From Bacteroidia bacterium (GTDB taxonomy: Bacteria; Bacteroidota; Bacteroidia; JADZBD01): a DNA stretch of 64,000 nt. This document shows positions 59,395-64,000 of this stretch, in pieces (position 1 is the stretch's first letter; every line of letters begins with the position of its first letter). Both the position numbers and the translations under genes were made by a program. The notes beneath the pieces were generated by a model. The model saw only the letters and a list, made by a program, of their open reading frames with translations. It ran no database searches and was not told the origin of the DNA. The stretch lies in NCBI GenBank assembly GCA_020054095.1, contig JAGVMA010000063.1, forward strand, positions 1,397-65,396, read 5' to 3'.

Positions 59395-61860
59395 ATGAGA
59401 AAAATATACTGTTTCATTTTATTTATTGGTTTACAATTTATTCCCCTTATTGCTTCGGCAACTATTTTAACCGGCAAAGTAACCGATGTAAAAGGCGAAG
59501 CACTCCCTTTTGCAAATGTATTTATTGAAAAAACCACCAAAGGAACCACTACCAACAAAGATGGAATTTATACAATTGACTTACAGCCTGGCGAATACGA
59601 TATCTCATATAAAATGCTCGGCTATAAAAAGCAAACACTACACATCGTAATCAGTAATGAGAAATTGATTAAAAACATAACCCTTGCCGAAGAGATTTAC
59701 ACTTTTAACGAAGTAGTTATTAATGCCGATGGCGAAGATCCCGCTTATACAATTATTCGCAAGGCAATAAAAAAACGAAAATTTTATCGCGAACAAGTTG
59801 ATGAATATTCTTGCGATGTTTACATAAAAGGCGTACAACGTGTAACCGATTATCCAAAAAAATTTTTAGGACAAGAAGTAGATATGGAAGGCGACATTGA
59901 TACAACAACCGGAATTGTTTATTTATCTGAATCGGTATCGCAATTTAATTTTAAGCAAAATGACAACATAAAAGAGGTAATGATTTCGTCAAAAGTAAGT
60001 GGCGATAACAAAGCATTTAGTTACAACCGTGCATCGGATATGCTTTTTAACTTTTACGATAATTTGATAGAAGTAGGTGGCTTAAGTGAGCGCGGATTTG
60101 TTTCGCCAATATCAAACAATGCACTGTTCTTTTACAAGTTCAAATTAATTGGTTCGTTTTACGAAAATGGCGAATGGGTAAATAAAATTGAAGTATTGCC
60201 AAAGCGGAAAAACGATCCTGTTTTCAGAGGTTATATTTACATTGTTGACAATTCGTGGCGCATACACAGCACCGATTTGTTTCTTACCAAAGACGCTCAA
60301 ATTGATTTTGTGGATACACTCTATATCAACCAAACATTTTTACCTGTTGACAAAGATGTGTGGCTCGTTTTCCAGAATAAATTCATGTTTCATTTTAGTG
60401 TTCTTGGTTTTAAAGGCAATGGCATGTATGTAGGCGTGAATGCGAATTACAATATAAAGCCAAATTTTCCGAAAAAGTTTTTTACCGGTGAAGAAATGAA
60501 AGTAACCGATGACGCCAATAAAAAAGACACCGCTTACTGGAAAGATGCAAGGCCGGTTCCACTCACCAAAGAAGAAGAAGACGATTACCGCAAGCGCGAC
60601 AGTATGGAGCGCATAAGAAATTCAAAACCATATTTAGATTCTATTGATAAAATATCAAACAAACTTACTTTCGGAAAAATATTTTTAAACGGTTATCAAT
60701 ATTATCAACGGTATAAAAAACGCTCCACTTTTTTTTCACCACTCATACAAGCCGTTCAGTTTAACACCGTTCAGGGTTTAACCATCAGCCAAGATTTCAG
60801 CATCACAAAAGAGCTTGAAAAAAATCGTTTCCGCAAAATTTTTGTAAAAGGAATGTACGGTAGCAGCAACAAACATTTTAATGCCGAAGCGGGCTTCACA
60901 TTTAATTATCGCCAACAAAAATTTGAGCGAATAGAAATAAAAGGCGGATTAGAAACGGCACAGTTTAACAACCGCAATCCCATACAACCACTCATAAATA
61001 CCTACTACACTCTTTTTGACAAAAAAAATTACATGAAACTTTACGAGCGATGGTATGGCGAAATAAACCACCGAATAGAAATTGTGAACGGATTAATGTT
61101 ATACACTTCAGCAGTTTATGCCGACCGTATGCCGCTAAAAAACACCACCGATTTTACATTTGTAAAAAAAGCACGCGAGTACAGTTCTAACAATCCGGTT
61201 GTTCCCAATAACGATTCGGTGTTTTCGTTTAACAGGAGTCAATCGTTTGAATTAAGCGCAAGTATTCGCATCCGTTTCAAACAAAAATATTACACCCGTC
61301 CGTTTCAAAAAATAATTACCGGCTCAAAATATCCGCAATTAAGTTTCGATTATAAAATTGCATTGCCAAAAGTACTTGGCGCTGATGTAAGTTATCAGTT
61401 TGGAAAATTTTCCGTTAGTGATGAAGTAAAGCTAAAATTGTTTGGCACCTCGCGCTATTATGTTTCGGCTGGCATGTTTTTTAGTACTGATAGTATGCAG
61501 TTTATGGATTACTATCACTTTAATGGCAACCAAACCATGCTTTCAACCTTTGATTTGCGTAATTTTAATTTGCTGCCGTATTATAAGTATAGTACCAATC
61601 AATCTTTTGTTGAGGCCCATTATGAACACAGTTTTGGCGGATTTATTTTTAATAAAATACCGCTACTGCGTAAATTAAAATTAAACGAAGTGGTTGGCGT
61701 ACATTATATTTCAAGTAACACGCTACCACAATATGCCGAACTATTTGTTGGCATTGAGAAATTAAGAGTAATGCGCATTGACTTTGTAACCGCATTTCAA
61801 AAAAATGAAAAAGTAAGCGCAGGTGTTCGTTTCGGATTAAAAATTGGATCATTTCAATAG
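59395..61860 (+). CDS. Carboxypeptidase-regulatory-like + DUF5686 outer-membrane protein
   Basis: GKVTD..GEALPFANV..GTTTN.DG.Y; EDPAY.IIRKAI; YLSES.S; FVSPIS; beta-strand C-terminus. Confidence 0.85.
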   Translation: MRKIYCFILFIGLQFIPLIASATILTGKVTDVKGEALPFANVFIEKTTKGTTTNKDGIYTIDLQPGEYDISYKMLGYKKQTLHIVISNEKLIKNITLAEEIYTFNEVVINADGEDPAYTIIRKAIKKRKFYREQVDEYSCDVYIKGVQRVTDYPKKFLGQEVDMEGDIDTTTGIVYLSESVSQFNFKQNDNIKEVMISSKVSGDNKAFSYNRASDMLFNFYDNLIEVGGLSERGFVSPISNNALFFYKFKLIGSFYENGEWVNKIEVLPKRKNDPVFRGYIYIVDNSWRIHSTDLFLTKDAQIDFVDTLYINQTFLPVDKDVWLVFQNKFMFHFSVLGFKGNGMYVGVNANYNIKPNFPKKFFTGEEMKVTDDANKKDTAYWKDARPVPLTKEEEDDYRKRDSMERIRNSKPYLDSIDKISNKLTFGKIFLNGYQYYQRYKKRSTFFSPLIQAVQFNTVQGLTISQDFSITKELEKNRFRKIFVKGMYGSSNKHFNAEAGFTFNYRQQKFERIEIKGGLETAQFNNRNPIQPLINTYYTLFDKKNYMKLYERWYGEINHRIEIVNGLMLYTSAVYADRMPLKNTTDFTFVKKAREYSSNNPVVPNNDSVFSFNRSQSFELSASIRIRFKQKYYTRPFQKIITGSKYPQLSFDYKIALPKVLGADVSYQFGKFSVSDEVKLKLFGTSRYYVSAGMFFSTDSMQFMDYYHFNGNQTMLSTFDLRNFNLLPYYKYSTNQSFVEAHYEHSFGGFIFNKIPLLRKLKLNEVVGVHYISSNTLPQYAELFVGIEKLRVMRIDFVTAFQKNEKVSAGVRFGLKIGSFQ

Positions 61861-61868
61861 TTAAAACA

Positions 61869-63188
61869 ATGAGAAAACTAAAATTTACAATTGCTGCGAG
61901 TTTACTTATAATGGCAACATCGCACGCGCAAGACATTCAGTATCCTACATTTTCTTCCACACTAAAAAATGGGATGAAAATAATTGTGTGCGAAAAACCC
62001 GGGAATGATTATGTAGAATCTGAAGTTTGGTACCGTGTGGGAAGCAAAGACGAGAAACCCGGAATTAGAGGCATGGCACATTTGTTTGAGCACATGATGT
62101 TCAGAGGTACAAAAAAATATCCTGCTAATTCGGTTTTTGAAGAAGTGGATAAAGTGGGTGGCCAAGTGAATGCTTACACCACTTACGACCGCACAGTTTA
62201 TCACGAATATGTGCCCGTAACTGCACTCGAAAAAATGTTCGACTTGGAAAGCGACCGTATGCAAAACCTGATGGTAACGCAAGAAATTTTAAACACCGAG
62301 CGCGAAGTAGTAGGTCAAGAATTACGAAATGGCGAAAGTAATTGGTACGGAAAGTTAATAGCGGATAGATACCCATATTTGTATCCTAAAAATCATCCGT
62401 ACGAAGTAGATGTAATTGGTTTTTTAGATGAGATAACAAAATTCACATCAGAGCAGTGCATGGAATTTTACAATAACTACTATAGTCCTAACAATGCATT
62501 TTTGGTGATAGTGGGCAATGTAAAACACGATGAGGTTTTTGTTTTAGCAGAAAAATATTTTGGAGCAGTTACAAAACAACTCAACATAAAAGCACCGACA
62601 AATACGCCCGAATTATTTGGCAATGCATTAAAACAAACCGAAATGCCATTGCTGTTTCCTGTGCAAATATATTCTTACGTTTTTCCCCGACCCGCAGTTG
62701 GCAGTGCCGATTATTTTGCAATGACTGTGCTAACACATATTTTATTTACTGATGCAAATTCTATTTTAAATAACCGATTAGTAAAAAAAGAATATTTGGC
62801 TTATGCAGTAAATATTACTACCGAAGAATGGAGTTTGTTCCCTAATTATGGAGTTATAGATGTGATTATGAATGCATCGCCCGGTAATGTGAAAGTGAAA
62901 AAAATAATTCGTGAAGAGATAAACAAAATTATAGCCGATGGCATTCCGCAAAATTTAATTGATGCCTATATAAAAGCATCGTATAACGGTGTAGTGTTCC
63001 AAAACTACGAATCAGAAAACATTGCATCATCGCTTGGCATAGCCGAATATTATTTTAATGACTACAAAATAGCCTTAAATATTACCGAAGAGTATAAAAA
63101 AGTTAGCCAAAAAGATTTAAAGCGAGTGGCAGCTAACTATTTTTCGGAAGAGAATATTCAAATAATGAACATAAAACCTGAATTTTAA
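61869..63188 (+). CDS. M16 family zinc peptidase, catalytic subunit
   Basis: Signal peptide; GMAHLFEHMMFRG (HxxEH), NAYT, EREVV, YYSPNNA. Confidence 0.92.
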   Translation: MRKLKFTIAASLLIMATSHAQDIQYPTFSSTLKNGMKIIVCEKPGNDYVESEVWYRVGSKDEKPGIRGMAHLFEHMMFRGTKKYPANSVFEEVDKVGGQVNAYTTYDRTVYHEYVPVTALEKMFDLESDRMQNLMVTQEILNTEREVVGQELRNGESNWYGKLIADRYPYLYPKNHPYEVDVIGFLDEITKFTSEQCMEFYNNYYSPNNAFLVIVGNVKHDEVFVLAEKYFGAVTKQLNIKAPTNTPELFGNALKQTEMPLLFPVQIYSYVFPRPAVGSADYFAMTVLTHILFTDANSILNNRLVKKEYLAYAVNITTEEWSLFPNYGVIDVIMNASPGNVKVKKIIREEINKIIADGIPQNLIDAYIKASYNGVVFQNYESENIASSLGIAEYYFNDYKIALNITEEYKKVSQKDLKRVAANYFSEENIQIMNIKPEF

Positions 63189-63199
63189 AAACGAGGTAA

Positions 63200-64000
63200 A
63201 TGAAACAGATTTTTTTTACACTACTAACAGTTATTTCATTTGGTGCAGCAAAATCGCAGCAATCTTTTTTTCCGCCCATTGAAAAATATAAACTAAAAAA
63301 CGGGCTCGAAATTGTTTTTGCAGATTTTGGGACATTGCCCGTTACCACTATTGATGTGTATGTGAATACAGGCAAAAAGAACGAGCTTCCGGGCATGCAA
63401 TCTATTGCAAATACTACGGCACAAGCGCTTTTACTTGGTTGTAAGAATTACACCCGTACTGAGCAGGATAATTTGTTTTCCGAATTAGGAACCTCTATAA
63501 ATGCTGCATCAAATGATAGTTATACTCACATCAGCACAAGTTTTATAAACACTGATATTGAAAAAGGAATGGATATGCTCAGCAACATTATACTCACGCC
63601 CACATTCCCAAAAGAGGAAATAAGCATGATGCTGAAACAGCGAATTGATTACAACAAAACATCTCGTATGGATATATCGCAACTTGCGCAGGTGTTTTCT
63701 AATTTCTTTGTGTATGGAAGCAACAACCCATTGGGCAGGTATTTTTATGCTGCGCAGTTAAATAAAATTAACCGCGACACAATCAGCGAGTTTTATAAAT
63801 TCAACTACACTCCAAAAAATTCTAAAATTGTTATCAGCGGCAAACCTGATAAAGAAAAAGTAAAAAAACTTATTGAACAATACTTTGCATCATGGCAAGC
63901 TGCCTATGGAGAAATAAACGGTGTAGCTTATGATGTACTGCCAATAAAAAAGAAAGAATATGGTTTCATAAATAAAACAAAAGCAAAGCAAGTTGCATTG
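63200..64000 (+). CDS. M16 family peptidase-like subunit lacking HxxEH, truncated by the window end
   Basis: Own translation: MKQIFFTLL..YKLKNGLEIV..GMQSIANTTAQALLLG..PTFPKEE..FYKFNYTPKNS; open to 64000. Confidence 0.85.
   Translation, partial: MKQIFFTLLTVISFGAAKSQQSFFPPIEKYKLKNGLEIVFADFGTLPVTTIDVYVNTGKKNELPGMQSIANTTAQALLLGCKNYTRTEQDNLFSELGTSINAASNDSYTHISTSFINTDIEKGMDMLSNIILTPTFPKEEISMMLKQRIDYNKTSRMDISQLAQVFSNFFVYGSNNPLGRYFYAAQLNKINRDTISEFYKFNYTPKNSKIVISGKPDKEKVKKLIEQYFASWQAAYGEINGVAYDVLPIKKKEYGFINKTKAKQVAL

Overview
AT-rich, gene-dense chromosomal segment of a Bacteroidota bacterium, judged from the porP-gldKLMN T9SS/gliding locus, T9SS C-terminal domains and repeated TAnnTTTG -7 promoter elements. 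It holds about 55 CDS, mostly core genes: rsfS-ftsH-LUD, birA-M23, bshA, mltF, a MoxR/DUF58/DUF4350/DUF4129/SpoIIM/RDD cluster, recX-kynU-DEAD helicase-kmo, recA, ABC-F, porP-gldKLMN plus a gldN paralog, topA, miaB-sigma54 activator-lptE-secG-groES-groEL, DUF5686 and an M16 peptidase pair. I saw no rRNA, tRNA, CRISPR array, integrase or transposase. Main leads: (1) a candidate sigma54 chaperone circuit, with a TGnCA-N3-TGnCA motif at both the promoter of the operon encoding a receiver-less enhancer-binding protein and upstream of a sigma54-like groES promoter; (2) a TGTAAC-N17-CGT(T/C)A ECF-type promoter shared by gldK and the DUF5686-M16 operon; (3) a stand-alone protein resembling EF-Tu domain III; (4) the uncharacterised MoxR-SpoIIM-RDD membrane system with an extended SpoIIM; (5) a T9SS-secreted amidase with CUB domains; (6) two genes broken at homopolymer runs, one of them preceded by an unannotated 56-aa membrane ORF. 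All family calls come from reading motifs by eye; no database search was run.
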